Of a stretch of DNA of 36,522 bases, positions 17,669 through 27,678 are shown piece by piece. Within the stretch, counting starts at the first letter, position 1. Every line of letters begins with the position of its first letter. Made by a program: the position numbers and the translations under genes. The stretch covers positions 1 through 36,522 of the forward strand of contig JBEDCU010000166.1 of assembly GCA_041176585.1 (NCBI GenBank), in the 5' to 3' direction. Below the pieces are notes generated by a model. That model saw only the letters and a program-made list of their open reading frames with translations, had not been told where the DNA came from and ran no database searches. The DNA comes from Pseudomonadota bacterium (GTDB lineage Bacteria; Pseudomonadota; Gammaproteobacteria; Burkholderiales; Burkholderiaceae_D).

Positions 17669-20536
17669 TCAGGCTACACGGCGCTGTTCGCCTGATCCAA
17701 ATAAGTTGGCAACACAGCGACCACAAATACCAGCATGCTCTGCATGTGAGCCTACATCAGCCCTATAGTGCCAGCATCGTTCACATTTTTTATGCGCAGA
17801 AGCTTGTACTTGTATACCTACAGTTTCAGCGTTATCAACTTGAATTAATGTTGCATTTGAAGTGATTAAAACAAATTTCAAATCATCGCCTAAACTTTGT
17901 AGCAAGTGATATGTATCACCGGAAGCACGAATTTCAACCTCAGCTTGTAAAGATGAGCCTATCGCACCAGACACACGCAAATCTTCTAACTGCTTCAATA
18001 CATCATTACGTATGGTTTTTATTGCCGTATATTTTTCTAATAAATTGGAAGCTTGATCAATTTTTGGTAAATCATAAAACAATTGTGTAAAAATCGTTTC
18101 TTGTGATGCTTGGTAAGTTTTTACATCAGCAAACACAGACCATGCTTCTTCTGCAGTAAAAGACAGTATGGGTGCCATCAAAGGCAAGAGAGATTGTGTA
18201 ATGTGCCATATTGCTGTTTGGGCAGAACGACGAGCAGCAGAGGTGACACCGCTGGTATATAAACGATCTTTCAGTATGTCGAGATAAAAGCCGCCTAAAT
18301 CTTCCGAGCAGTACATTTGCAGCTTAGCGACGACAGGATGAAATTCATAATCTTGAAAATGCTGATGTATCTCTGCTTGTAATTGCGTCATACGCGCAAT
18401 CGCATAACGATCGATTTCTAATAATTCATTAACAGGAACCGCATCTGTCGCAGGATTAAAGTCTGAGGTGTTAGCTAACAAGAAGCGCAAGGTATTACGA
18501 ATGCGACGATAGCTTTCTACAACACGCTTAAGAATTTCATCTGAAATAGATAGTTCACCAGAATAGTCAGTTGATGCTACCCATAAACGCAATATCTCAG
18601 CACCAAGTGTGTCGGATACTTTTTGTGGCGCGACGACATTGCCTTTGGACTTTGACATTTTCTTGCCTTCACCATCCACGACAAAGCCATGTGTTAGCAA
18701 GGCTTTATATGGTGCGTATCCATTTAACATAGAGGATGTTAGTAGCGAAGAATGGAACCAGCCTCTATGCTGATCAGAACCTTCTAGATAAAGATCAGCA
18801 GGAAAGTGAGACTCAGCAGCATGCGAGCCACGCAAGACTGTTTGATGCGTGGTACCTGAATCAAACCAGACATCAAGTGTGTCTTTGTTCTTTTCATAAT
18901 GCGTAGCATCAGCACCTAAGAAGCTGTTGATGTCTAAAGTATGCCAAGCTTCTATGCCTGATTTTTCTACCAGCTGCGCTACTTTCTCTAACAAAGCGGG
19001 TGTGTCTGGATGTAAGTCGCCGGTTTCTTTATGTACAAAGAAAGCCATAGGCACACCCCATTGACGTTGACGCGATAAAGTCCAGTCAGGACGATTTGCA
19101 ATCATGCCGTGTAGTCGTGCTTTACCCCAGTTAGGATAAAACTGTGTTGCATCGATAGCTTGCAATGCAGTTGAGCGTAAGTTTGCACCGCCATTTTTAG
19201 GTGTGCGATCCATGCTAGCAAACCATTGCGAGGTAGCGCGATAAATAATGGGAGTCTTATGGCGCCAGCAATGCATGTAACTGTGATCAAACATCACAAG
19301 CTTGAATAGTGTTCCTGCGTTTTCTAAAGCAGCGCAAATTGGTTTAGAAGCTTCCCAAATCGTCATACCACCAAACAAAGGTAAGGTGGATGCAAAATGG
19401 CCATCACCCATCACAGGGCTGAGTATTTGATCATCAAGCATGCCCTGCGCTTTACAAGAAGCGTAATCTTCTATGCCATAAGCAGGTGCAGAATGTACTA
19501 TGCCTGTACCAGTATCTAGTGTGACGTATTCACCCGGATAAACAGGGGATAGTCTTTGATAGTCTGCATCAGCAGTGGAGAGCGGATGATGAAACTGTAT
19601 CATCGCTAATGCAGCTCCTGTGCAGGTGGCTATAGTTTTGCCTTCTAAACCATAACGTTTCAGACAAGCTTCAACTAAATCTTGAGCGAGTATGAGTAAA
19701 ATAGTTTCATCATTACGCACTGTTTCAACTAATGCATAAGTGAATTCAGGATGAATATTTAATGCTTGATTTGAAGGTATGGTCCATGGCGTAGTAGTCC
19801 ATATGATGATGTAACCTTTTTGTGCAGGCAAAGCGGATAAACCAAATGCCTTAGCAATGCGATCATGCTCTGCAAAAGGAAAACCAACATCAATCGCAGG
19901 ATCACGTTTGTCTTGATATTCCACTTCAGCTTCAGCCAAAGCAGAGCCACAATCAAAACACCAATTCACGGGTTTTAATCCACGATAAACAAAACCTTTG
20001 TCGAGTATGCTGCCTAGAGCACGAATTTCATCTGCTTCATTGCGATAGTTCATGGTGAGATAAGGATTATCCCAGTCACCCAATACACCAAGTCGTATGA
20101 AATCTTTTTTCTGGCGTTCTACTTGCTCACTTGCATAAGTACGTGATTTTGCTAATACCTCTGCTGTAGGTAAATTTTTACCGTATTGTTTTTCAATTTG
20201 AATTTCAATCGGCATGCCATGGCAATCCCAGCCAGGCACATATTGCGCATCAAAACCATCTAGCTGTCTGGTTTTGACAATCATGTCTTTTAATATTTTA
20301 TTGACTGCATGGCCAATATGAATATCGCCATTCGCATAAGGTGGGCCATCATGCAAAATAAATTTTGTTCTACCAACTGAAGCTGAACGCAGTTGCTGAT
20401 AGATGTTTTTTTGCTGCCATTGCGCTACCCATAGGGGTTCGCGTTTAGCTAAATCGCCACGCATAGGAAATGGCGTCTCCGTCATATTCACGGGATATTT
20501 ATTATCTGCTTGTTTGGCTGCTTTTTTATCTGACAT
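17669..20536 (-). CDS. ileS: Isoleucine--tRNA ligase (type 1)
   Basis: [21 protein letters not shown]-terminal zinc finger CERCWH...CGRC. Confidence 0.98.
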   Translation of the reverse strand: MSDKKAAKQADNKYPVNMTETPFPMRGDLAKREPLWVAQWQQKNIYQQLRSASVGRTKFILHDGPPYANGDIHIGHAVNKILKDMIVKTRQLDGFDAQYVPGWDCHGMPIEIQIEKQYGKNLPTAEVLAKSRTYASEQVERQKKDFIRLGVLGDWDNPYLTMNYRNEADEIRALGSILDKGFVYRGLKPVNWCFDCGSALAEAEVEYQDKRDPAIDVGFPFAEHDRIAKAFGLSALPAQKGYIIIWTTTPWTIPSNQALNIHPEFTYALVETVRNDETILLILAQDLVEACLKRYGLEGKTIATCTGAALAMIQFHHPLSTADADYQRLSPVYPGEYVTLDTGTGIVHSAPAYGIEDYASCKAQGMLDDQILSPVMGDGHFASTLPLFGGMTIWEASKPICAALENAGTLFKLVMFDHSYMHCWRHKTPIIYRATSQWFASMDRTPKNGGANLRSTALQAIDATQFYPNWGKARLHGMIANRPDWTLSRQRQWGVPMAFFVHKETGDLHPDTPALLEKVAQLVEKSGIEAWHTLDINSFLGADATHYEKNKDTLDVWFDSGTTHQTVLRGSHAAESHFPADLYLEGSDQHRGWFHSSLLTSSMLNGYAPYKALLTHGFVVDGEGKKMSKSKGNVVAPQKVSDTLGAEILRLWVASTDYSGELSISDEILKRVVESYRRIRNTLRFLLANTSDFNPATDAVPVNELLEIDRYAIARMTQLQAEIHQHFQDYEFHPVVAKLQMYCSEDLGGFYLDILKDRLYTSGVTSAARRSAQTAIWHITQSLLPLMAPILSFTAEEAWSVFADVKTYQASQETIFTQLFYDLPKIDQASNLLEKYTAIKTIRNDVLKQLEDLRVSGAIGSSLQAEVEIRASGDTYHLLQSLGDDLKFVLITSNATLIQVDNAETVGIQVQASAHKKCERCWHYRADVGSHAEHAGICGRCVANLFGSGEQRRVA

Positions 20537-20590
20537 GAGCTTGAAAATAGAAGGCTGTCGGTGAAAATAAAATCTTAACGTTGAAATTAA

Positions 20591-21568
20591 TTAAGACGAA
20601 AGAGATAAGGAGTGATTTGTTTCATTACGGTGCTGAAAAAAATCACGTGCTGCTTTAGCATCTGCTGCGATAGCATCGGTTAATTTTGTTAAGTCATCAT
20701 ATTTTTCTTCGTCACGCAGTTTATGTAAAAACTCTACATGTATGAGTTTTCCATAACATTGTGCGTTGTAATCAAATAGATGTACTTCAAGTAGCACGCG
20801 TCCATTATCTTCTACCGTAGGTCGTACACCCAAACTTGCTACAGCGGGTAAAGGCGATGGACTTAGTCCATGAACTTGTACGACAAAAATACCAGATAGT
20901 GCTGGACGCTTATGCGCAATACGTAGGTTCAGTGTTGGAAAGCCTAGAGTGCGACCGAGTTTTTGGCCATGTAAGACACGACCAGAAATAGAATAAGGAT
21001 GTCCTAGTAAATCGCGCGCTTGTTCGAAATCACTACTCTGTAGCGCAGTACGTATGGCAGAGGAAGAGATACGTTGATTTTCATGTTGCACGCTATCTAG
21101 CGAACTCACTTCAAAGCCAAAACGCTTACCCGCTTCAACTAAGAGAGCAAAATCTCCTGCGCGTTTTGCGCCAAAACGAAAGTCATCGCCAACGATCAGC
21201 CATTTAACCTGTAATCCTTCAACCAAAATATCTTGAATAAAGGATGCTGGAGAGAGTGCTGCAAAGCGCGCATTGAAATGTTCAACAATCACTCTATCGA
21301 TGCCGGCTTCAGCGAGTGATTGCAATTTATCTCGCAAGTTGGCGATACGCGTAGGTGCACGGCTTTCGTCACCACTAAGCTTGGCAAAAAATTCACGCGG
21401 ATGCGGCTCAAACGTCATCACAGCTGCCTCCAGATGTAAACGTTTCGCAGCCTGTGTCAGATGGGCCAGCAAGGTTCTGTGTCCTTGATGCACACCATCA
21501 AAATTGCCTATCGTTAGCGCACATGGGCGACGTGCTTCGGCGTGGGGAAGACTGCGAAATACCTGCAT
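20591..21568 (-). CDS. ribF: Bifunctional riboflavin kinase/FAD synthetase
   Basis: TIGNFDGVHQGH, GDDFRFG, ISSSAIR, GRTLGFPTLN, LEVHLFD. Confidence 0.97.
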   Translation of the reverse strand: MQVFRSLPHAEARRPCALTIGNFDGVHQGHRTLLAHLTQAAKRLHLEAAVMTFEPHPREFFAKLSGDESRAPTRIANLRDKLQSLAEAGIDRVIVEHFNARFAALSPASFIQDILVEGLQVKWLIVGDDFRFGAKRAGDFALLVEAGKRFGFEVSSLDSVQHENQRISSSAIRTALQSSDFEQARDLLGHPYSISGRVLHGQKLGRTLGFPTLNLRIAHKRPALSGIFVVQVHGLSPSPLPAVASLGVRPTVEDNGRVLLEVHLFDYNAQCYGKLIHVEFLHKLRDEEKYDDLTKLTDAIAADAKAARDFFQHRNETNHSLSLSS

Positions 21569-21657
21569 GGAGTGGTGAGTTGTGAGCACTATTGGAAAGC
21601 CCTCGATTATAGAGGTTTTCGCTCGGGTTTCCTCTGCAAAAAGGGGCGAGCTGAGTC

Positions 21658-22383
21658 TTACATCTCACCCCATAGTGACTGAATTGCAGCGAGTGCAGCC
21701 AAGCCAGCTGTTTCGGTACGCAATACTCGTGGACCCATAGAGACACAGATGGCACCACGCTGTAGTGCGAGCTCTTCTTCGGTTTCACTAAAGCCACCTT
21801 CAGGACCCACCATAATCGTGAGTGCTTGGGCGGGCTGATGCCTGACCCAATCCGATAAAGAAACCGTAGCACGTGGAGAGAGCAGTAAGCGTTTATGCAG
21901 GTCAGTCTGCGCTACCCATTGCGTAAAATTCACAGGCTCTGACAGATGTGGCAATCGGTTGCGACCGCATTGTTCTGCGGCGGCAGCCATAATGCCTTGC
22001 CAATGTCGCATCTTTTTTTCGGCTCGGTCTGTACTCAACTTAACGACAGAGCGGCTAGCCGCCAGAGGAATGAAAGCAGTTGCACCTAATTCCACCGCTT
22101 TTTCTATGATCCAGTCCATCTTATTTGCCTCAGGTAGCCCCTGCGCCAAAGTCAGACTATGGTTGAGCTCAGATTCACGAGCAAAGAAGGCTTTGATTTC
22201 CACTACCGCCAGATTCTTCGTTATCTCAATTAAGGAAGCGCTGAATTCTCCACCTTGACCATTGAAGAGGGTAATACTGTCGGGCACAGTCAGTCTAAGC
22301 ACCTGAATATGTCTGGTAACGGACTCAGGTAGCTTGAGTTGCAAGCCAATTTCTAGCGGCTCTGGACAATAAAAACGCGGCAT
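21658..22383 (-). CDS. rsmE: 16S rRNA m3U1498 methyltransferase
   Basis: HIQVLRL, KMDWIIEKAVELG, AAEQCGR, VGPEGGFS, MGPRVLRTETA. Confidence 0.96.
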   Translation of the reverse strand: MPRFYCPEPLEIGLQLKLPESVTRHIQVLRLTVPDSITLFNGQGGEFSASLIEITKNLAVVEIKAFFARESELNHSLTLAQGLPEANKMDWIIEKAVELGATAFIPLAASRSVVKLSTDRAEKKMRHWQGIMAAAAEQCGRNRLPHLSEPVNFTQWVAQTDLHKRLLLSPRATVSLSDWVRHQPAQALTIMVGPEGGFSETEEELALQRGAICVSMGPRVLRTETAGLAALAAIQSLWGEM

Positions 22384-22682
22384 GAAGGGCTTTTAAAATG
22401 GTCGAAAGATGAAAATGAATCGATGGATTAGTGTGGTGGTCGAGATCTAACACCATAATCAAGCTCATAAGAGTAACCATAACTGAGCGCCTGCAGATGC
22501 GCCATTAAAATTTAAGTCTTTGTTTTAAAATTAACCATAAAATAAAAGATAACAGTAGCGCATCGATCGTAAATAGCGCCTTCCTATCTGGTAAAATTCC
22601 GCCCTTCTTACAGCTCATAAAGACTCATTCTTAATTGCATGAGCAAGCTGAAATCCTTTCTTTTATTTTCTATCTTGCTAAC

Positions 22683-24680
22683 ATGATCGCTACTTCACCT
22701 AACACCTCCCACATGGCTAACGCGATTCGGGCACTTGCCATGGATGCAGTGCAAAAGGCTAATTCCGGTCATCCTGGCATGCCTATGGGCATGGCTGAAA
22801 TCGCGGTCGCTTTATGGGGTAGACATTTACGTCATAACCCCACCGATCCTAAATGGATAGATAGAGATAGATTTGTACTCTCTAACGGTCATGGCTCTAT
22901 GCTGCTGTATGCGCTATTGCATTTGACTGGGTATGCATTATCGATGGATGACATTAAGAATTTTCGTCAACTGCATTCCAAGACACCGGGTCATCCAGAA
23001 GTGGATATCACACCGGGTGTAGAAACCACCACAGGTCCTCTCGGTCAAGGTATCACCAATGCAGTAGGCATGGCATTGGCTGAGTCATTGTTAGCAGCCC
23101 ATTTCAATAAACCTAGTTTTGACATCATTAATCATCACACCTATGTATTCCTTGGTGATGGTTGTTTGATGGAAGGTATTAGTCATGAAGCTTGTTCATT
23201 AGCAGGTACTTTGCGTTTATCTAAATTGATTGCGCTGTACGATGACAACGGTATTTCCATTGATGGCAACGTAGAGGGATGGTTCCAAGACGACACGCCT
23301 AAGCGTTTTGCTGCCTACGGATGGAATGTGATTCCGAATGTGGATGGTCATGATGTAGCAGCACTTGATGCAGCTATTACTGCCGCCAAAAAAGCAGATA
23401 GGCCGACTTTGATTTGCTGTAAGACAGTGATTGGTAAAGGCTCACCTAACATGCAGGGTAGCGACAAAGTACATGGCGCTGCTTTGGGTGAGACTGAAAT
23501 TACAGCAACACGTGCTGCACTCAACTGGCCTTATGCACCATTTGAAATTCCAGCTGACGTGTATAAAGATTGGGATGCTCGCGAACATGGTGCACAAATA
23601 CAGTCTGCATGGAATACGATGTTTCAAAATTATCAAAGCAAATATCCTTCTGAAGCGGCAGAGTTAGTGCGTCGTATGAAAGGTGAATTACCGGCTCAGT
23701 TTGATAAAACTATCGCAGCTTATATAGCGCAATGTATAGAAAAGAAAGAAACCATAGCAACGCGTAAGGCAAGTCAAAATGCCATACAAGCGATTGCACC
23801 GGTGTTGCCAGAATTTTTGGGCGGTTCAGCTGATTTAACAGGTTCGAATCTCACGAATTGGAAAGAATGTGTAGCAGTACGTGCTGACCATGCGGGTAAC
23901 CATATCAATTATGGTGTGCGTGAATTTGGCATGAGTGCCATCATGAATGGCATTGCATTGCACGGAGGTTTTATTCCTTTCGGTGCAACCTTTCTTACTT
24001 TCTCAGATTACAGCCGTAATGCATTGCGCATGGCAGCGTTGATGAAGATACGTGCTCTCTTTGTATTCACACATGACTCTATCGGTTTAGGTGAAGATGG
24101 TCCTACGCATCAATCGGTTGAACATATTTCTAGTATGCGTTTGATACCTCACTTAGACAACTGGCGCCCTTGCGATACTGTGGAATCAGCGATTGCATGG
24201 GAACAGGCAGTGCGTAGACATGATGGTCCATCTACATTGATATTCTCGCGTCAAAATTTACCGTATATGGAACGTTCAACTTCACAGGTAGATAATATTC
24301 GTCGTGGTGCTTATGTATTGAAAGACGTTGAGAAACCACGCGTCATTCTGATTGCGACTGGATCTGAAATTGAATTGGCAATGAAATCAGCTCAACAGCT
24401 TGCCGATGAAGGTATCGCAGCACGCGTGGTCTCTATGCCTTGTGCCGATGTGTTTAATCGTCAGGATCAAGCGTATAAAGATAGCGTGTTACTGAAAAAT
24501 ATACCTCGTGTAGCGATTGAGGCAGGCGTATCAGATTTTTGGTTTAAGTATGTCGGTTTAGATGGTGCAGTTATAGGTATCGACACATTCGGAGAATCAG
24601 CACCGGCTGGCGCCTTGTTCAAACATTTTGGATTTACAACCGAGAAGGTTGTAGCTGCCGCTAAATCAGTTATCCACTGA
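22683..24680 (+). CDS. tkt: Transketolase
   Basis: [43 protein letters not shown]; start could also be ATG 22713. Confidence 0.98.
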   Translation: MIATSPNTSHMANAIRALAMDAVQKANSGHPGMPMGMAEIAVALWGRHLRHNPTDPKWIDRDRFVLSNGHGSMLLYALLHLTGYALSMDDIKNFRQLHSKTPGHPEVDITPGVETTTGPLGQGITNAVGMALAESLLAAHFNKPSFDIINHHTYVFLGDGCLMEGISHEACSLAGTLRLSKLIALYDDNGISIDGNVEGWFQDDTPKRFAAYGWNVIPNVDGHDVAALDAAITAAKKADRPTLICCKTVIGKGSPNMQGSDKVHGAALGETEITATRAALNWPYAPFEIPADVYKDWDAREHGAQIQSAWNTMFQNYQSKYPSEAAELVRRMKGELPAQFDKTIAAYIAQCIEKKETIATRKASQNAIQAIAPVLPEFLGGSADLTGSNLTNWKECVAVRADHAGNHINYGVREFGMSAIMNGIALHGGFIPFGATFLTFSDYSRNALRMAALMKIRALFVFTHDSIGLGEDGPTHQSVEHISSMRLIPHLDNWRPCDTVESAIAWEQAVRRHDGPSTLIFSRQNLPYMERSTSQVDNIRRGAYVLKDVEKPRVILIATGSEIELAMKSAQQLADEGIAARVVSMPCADVFNRQDQAYKDSVLLKNIPRVAIEAGVSDFWFKYVGLDGAVIGIDTFGESAPAGALFKHFGFTTEKVVAAAKSVIH

Positions 24681-24740
24681 TAAGCCCGACACGAATACAT
24701 AAAAATTATTTATCATTATATTTAGATTTAGGAGACACAC

Positions 24741-25754
24741 ATGACCATCAAAGTTGCAATTAATGGCTATGGCCGCATAGGTCGCAACATACTACGTGCG
24801 CATTATGAAAGTGGTAAAAAGAATGATATCCAAATCGTTGCCATCAATGATTTAGGTAATGCAGAATCGAATGCGCATTTAACGCGCTATGACACAGCGC
24901 ATGGAAAATTCCCTGGTACAGTCGTGGTCGAAGGCGACAACATGATTGTCAACGGAGACAAAATTCGTGTTTTTGCACAGCGTAATCCGGCTGACATACC
25001 TTGGGGTGAGTTAGGTGTAGACGTTGTATTGGAATGTACAGGATTTTTCACTTCCAAAGAAAAAGCTTCTGCACATATCAAGAGTGGCGCAAAGAAGGTC
25101 ATCATTTCTGCTCCTGGTGGTAAGGATGTGGATGCAACCGTTGTATTTGGTGTCAACCAAAGTATCTTGAAATCCTCTGATACAGTCATCTCAAATGCTT
25201 CTTGTACCACTAACTGTTTGGCACCTTTAGTTAAACCATTGAACGATAAAATTGGTTTGGTCAATGGATTGATGACGACAGTGCATGCTTATACGAATGA
25301 TCAAGTATTAACTGATGTAATACATGAAGATTTACGTCGTGCACGTTCTGCTACACAATCTATGATTCCTACAAAAACTGGTGCAGCTCTTGCAGTGGGT
25401 TTAGTGCTGCCAGAATTGGATGGTAAATTAGATGGTTATGCGATTCGTGTGCCAACCATAAATGTCTCTATTGTGGATCTTTCTTTTATCGCTGCACGTG
25501 ATACCACTGTGGACGAAATCAATGCCCTCATGAAGGCTGCAGCTGATGCAGGTCCATTGAAAGGTATTTTGACTTACAACACTGAACCTTTAGTATCAGT
25601 GGATTTTAATCACAATCCAGCTTCAAGCAATTTCGATGCGACCTTAACTAAAGTATCAGGACGTTTAGTTAAAGTTTCATCTTGGTATGACAATGAGTGG
25701 GGTTTCTCAAACCGCATGCTCGACACCACGATGGCACTGATGGCTGCAAAATAA
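24741..25754 (+). CDS. gap: Type I glyceraldehyde-3-phosphate dehydrogenase
   Basis: [30 protein letters not shown]; AGGAG ribosome-binding site. Confidence 0.98.
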   Translation: MTIKVAINGYGRIGRNILRAHYESGKKNDIQIVAINDLGNAESNAHLTRYDTAHGKFPGTVVVEGDNMIVNGDKIRVFAQRNPADIPWGELGVDVVLECTGFFTSKEKASAHIKSGAKKVIISAPGGKDVDATVVFGVNQSILKSSDTVISNASCTTNCLAPLVKPLNDKIGLVNGLMTTVHAYTNDQVLTDVIHEDLRRARSATQSMIPTKTGAALAVGLVLPELDGKLDGYAIRVPTINVSIVDLSFIAARDTTVDEINALMKAAADAGPLKGILTYNTEPLVSVDFNHNPASSNFDATLTKVSGRLVKVSSWYDNEWGFSNRMLDTTMALMAAK

Positions 25755-25770
25755 ATCATCATGAGCTTAT

Positions 25771-25802
25771 AAAAAAACCCTGCAAATTTTGCAGGGTTTT
25801 TT
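25771..25802. terminator. Bidirectional intrinsic terminator between gap and the lipoprotein operon
   Basis: A7-CCCTGCAAA-T-TTTGCAGGG-T6. Confidence 0.9.
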
Positions 25803-25831
25803 ATTTCATCCTTAGTTTTTATCCTACAGGA

Positions 25832-26497
25832 TTAATCTGTTCCAAATAAGGGTGATCGCGGTCCATACAATAGACCTCCTGGTTTTAATGTCAGTAATCT
25901 CGCACTAGTCATACGAGCGACTGCATGTCCTTGATTGCCAGCACTGTTAATCACCTGTTGAATCAAGCTGACAATAAGCATGTCTAACAGGCTGCCAGAA
26001 TTACCACTATTCGATTCGGAGCTAGAGGCACTAGCTTCTCCTTCCCACAGTAAGTCGCCGCTGCGTGTATCGATTAGTTTGGCTCTCGCTGCGACAATAA
26101 TAGAGCTATTTAAGATCTGATATTCAGCGCCGTATCTATCCACAGTGATATACAGAGCTGCATCAGCACCAAAAATTTCAGCTAGTTTTTTCAGTGGGAC
26201 TTGGTGCATCTCTCCCGGATCAGGTAAGCCATTTTCTTTAAAGGTTTGATCCACTAAAGCCACTGGAAAAACATAGTAGCCTAACTCAGATAGAGGAAAA
26301 GTCACGGTAGACATAAAGCTATAACTCGCTCTGACATCAGGTGAGTTATTTAGTGGAGGTAGTACAACAATAGATCGAGGTTTGCTTTGTCTTAAGGCTG
26401 TTTTATCAGGTCCCTTACTGGCTGCACAACCAACTAGTAGCGTAATAAGAAATAAGAGCGCACATCTTGTGATAGTTGAAGTCATATTTAAGCTCAT
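25832..26497 (-). CDS. DUF799 (GNA1162-like) lipoprotein
   Basis: LVGC lipobox; KPRSIVVLPPLNNSPDV, PLSELGYYVFPV, IFGADAALYI, LLYGPRSP. Confidence 0.85.
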   Translation of the reverse strand: MSLNMTSTITRCALLFLITLLVGCAASKGPDKTALRQSKPRSIVVLPPLNNSPDVRASYSFMSTVTFPLSELGYYVFPVALVDQTFKENGLPDPGEMHQVPLKKLAEIFGADAALYITVDRYGAEYQILNSSIIVAARAKLIDTRSGDLLWEGEASASSSESNSGNSGSLLDMLIVSLIQQVINSAGNQGHAVARMTSARLLTLKPGGLLYGPRSPLFGTD

Positions 26498-26869
26498 TTA
26501 TTTTTTGATTTGTGCAATCAGTCTATCCATATAGATAGTTGATTCTGGAAAAATGGTTTTTTCAGTTTGAAAAGCAGCGAGTGCTTTATCTAATTGACCA
26601 GTTTGAAAATATAAATAACCAAGATGAGCATAATTACCAGGAGGTAGCGTTTTATTTGCTGCACGCGCTTTTTCTAGGTCTTTTTCCATTTCAATAATAT
26701 GACTTTCGCTGGAATGCTTGCCGGGTTCGTAATAGCTTAGATAGACCATATTCTCGTAACCACCCCAGTGATACAGTTGTCTGTTTTGATTAGCGCAGGC
26801 TGTCAGGAATAAACTGAGTACGATGAAGACTAAGTAAAATCGGGATCGCGAAGAATTTGAGTTATTCAT
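26498..26869 (-). CDS. DUF4810 TPR-like lipoprotein
   Basis: LTAC lipobox; LYHWGGYE, PPGNYAHLGYLY, EKTIFPES..YMDRL. Confidence 0.85.
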   Translation of the reverse strand: MNNSNSSRSRFYLVFIVLSLFLTACANQNRQLYHWGGYENMVYLSYYEPGKHSSESHIIEMEKDLEKARAANKTLPPGNYAHLGYLYFQTGQLDKALAAFQTEKTIFPESTIYMDRLIAQIKK

Positions 26870-27545
26870 TGCTTGCTTTCACAGGTTTCCAAGCACCTTG
26901 TTCTAATCCATCCACCAAACGATTAACTGCTTCACGAATTGCGAGATCGAGTACTTTGCCGTTCAAGGTAGAGTCATAACCTGAAGTACCACCGAAACCT
27001 ATAATTTCACGATTCGATAAAGCATATTCGCCAGCGCCTTGCACGGAAAAAATCACTTCCGAAGTAACAGTATCAACCACATTCAAACTCACTTTGGAAT
27101 AAGCGACTTGTATTTTTCCTCGGCCGAGTATGCCAAATAATTGTTGATCACCTGTTTCTTTACGGCCGAATTCAGTGACATCACCAGTGATCACATAAGC
27201 AGCACCTTTGAGTTGCTGAGTGCGACCACTGAGTTTTGCTTCTTCTTTGATTTCGGTGAGATTTTCACGATCTAAAACAATAAAGCGATTTGATTGCTGT
27301 AGATGTGAGATGAGTATGGTTTTTGATTGAGAGCCTAGTCTGTCTATACCATCTGAAAAAATGCCACGTAAAAAACCAGATCGGTTATCAAATTTACCAA
27401 CTGCAAGTTGATGTTTTTTACCGCTATAACTTGTACCAGCAGATTCCACTTTAGCGGGAGTTAAGGTGACTGATTTTTCAGTTGCACAGCCTACTAGTCC
27501 TAGCATCAGGCCAGTAAGAATAAGAGGAGATAAAAGTTTAATCAT
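26862..27545 (-). CDS. CsgG/HfaB family lipoprotein
   Basis: LVGC lipobox; AVGKFDNRS, LQQSNRFIVLDRENL, ITGDVTEFGRK, SVQGAGEY. Confidence 0.87.
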   Translation of the reverse strand: MIKLLSPLILTGLMLGLVGCATEKSVTLTPAKVESAGTSYSGKKHQLAVGKFDNRSGFLRGIFSDGIDRLGSQSKTILISHLQQSNRFIVLDRENLTEIKEEAKLSGRTQQLKGAAYVITGDVTEFGRKETGDQQLFGILGRGKIQVAYSKVSLNVVDTVTSEVIFSVQGAGEYALSNREIIGFGGTSGYDSTLNGKVLDLAIREAVNRLVDGLEQGAWKPVKASNE

Positions 27546-27678
27546 ATTATGTACCTAGAGGAAAATATTGAGGGGTGCTAATACGTATGCAATACAAGAT
27601 AATTTCATCAATAAAATTAAATGCCATCAACTTTATTATTAAAATAGAATAAATCTAAAATAAAAATGAAGAAAAAGA

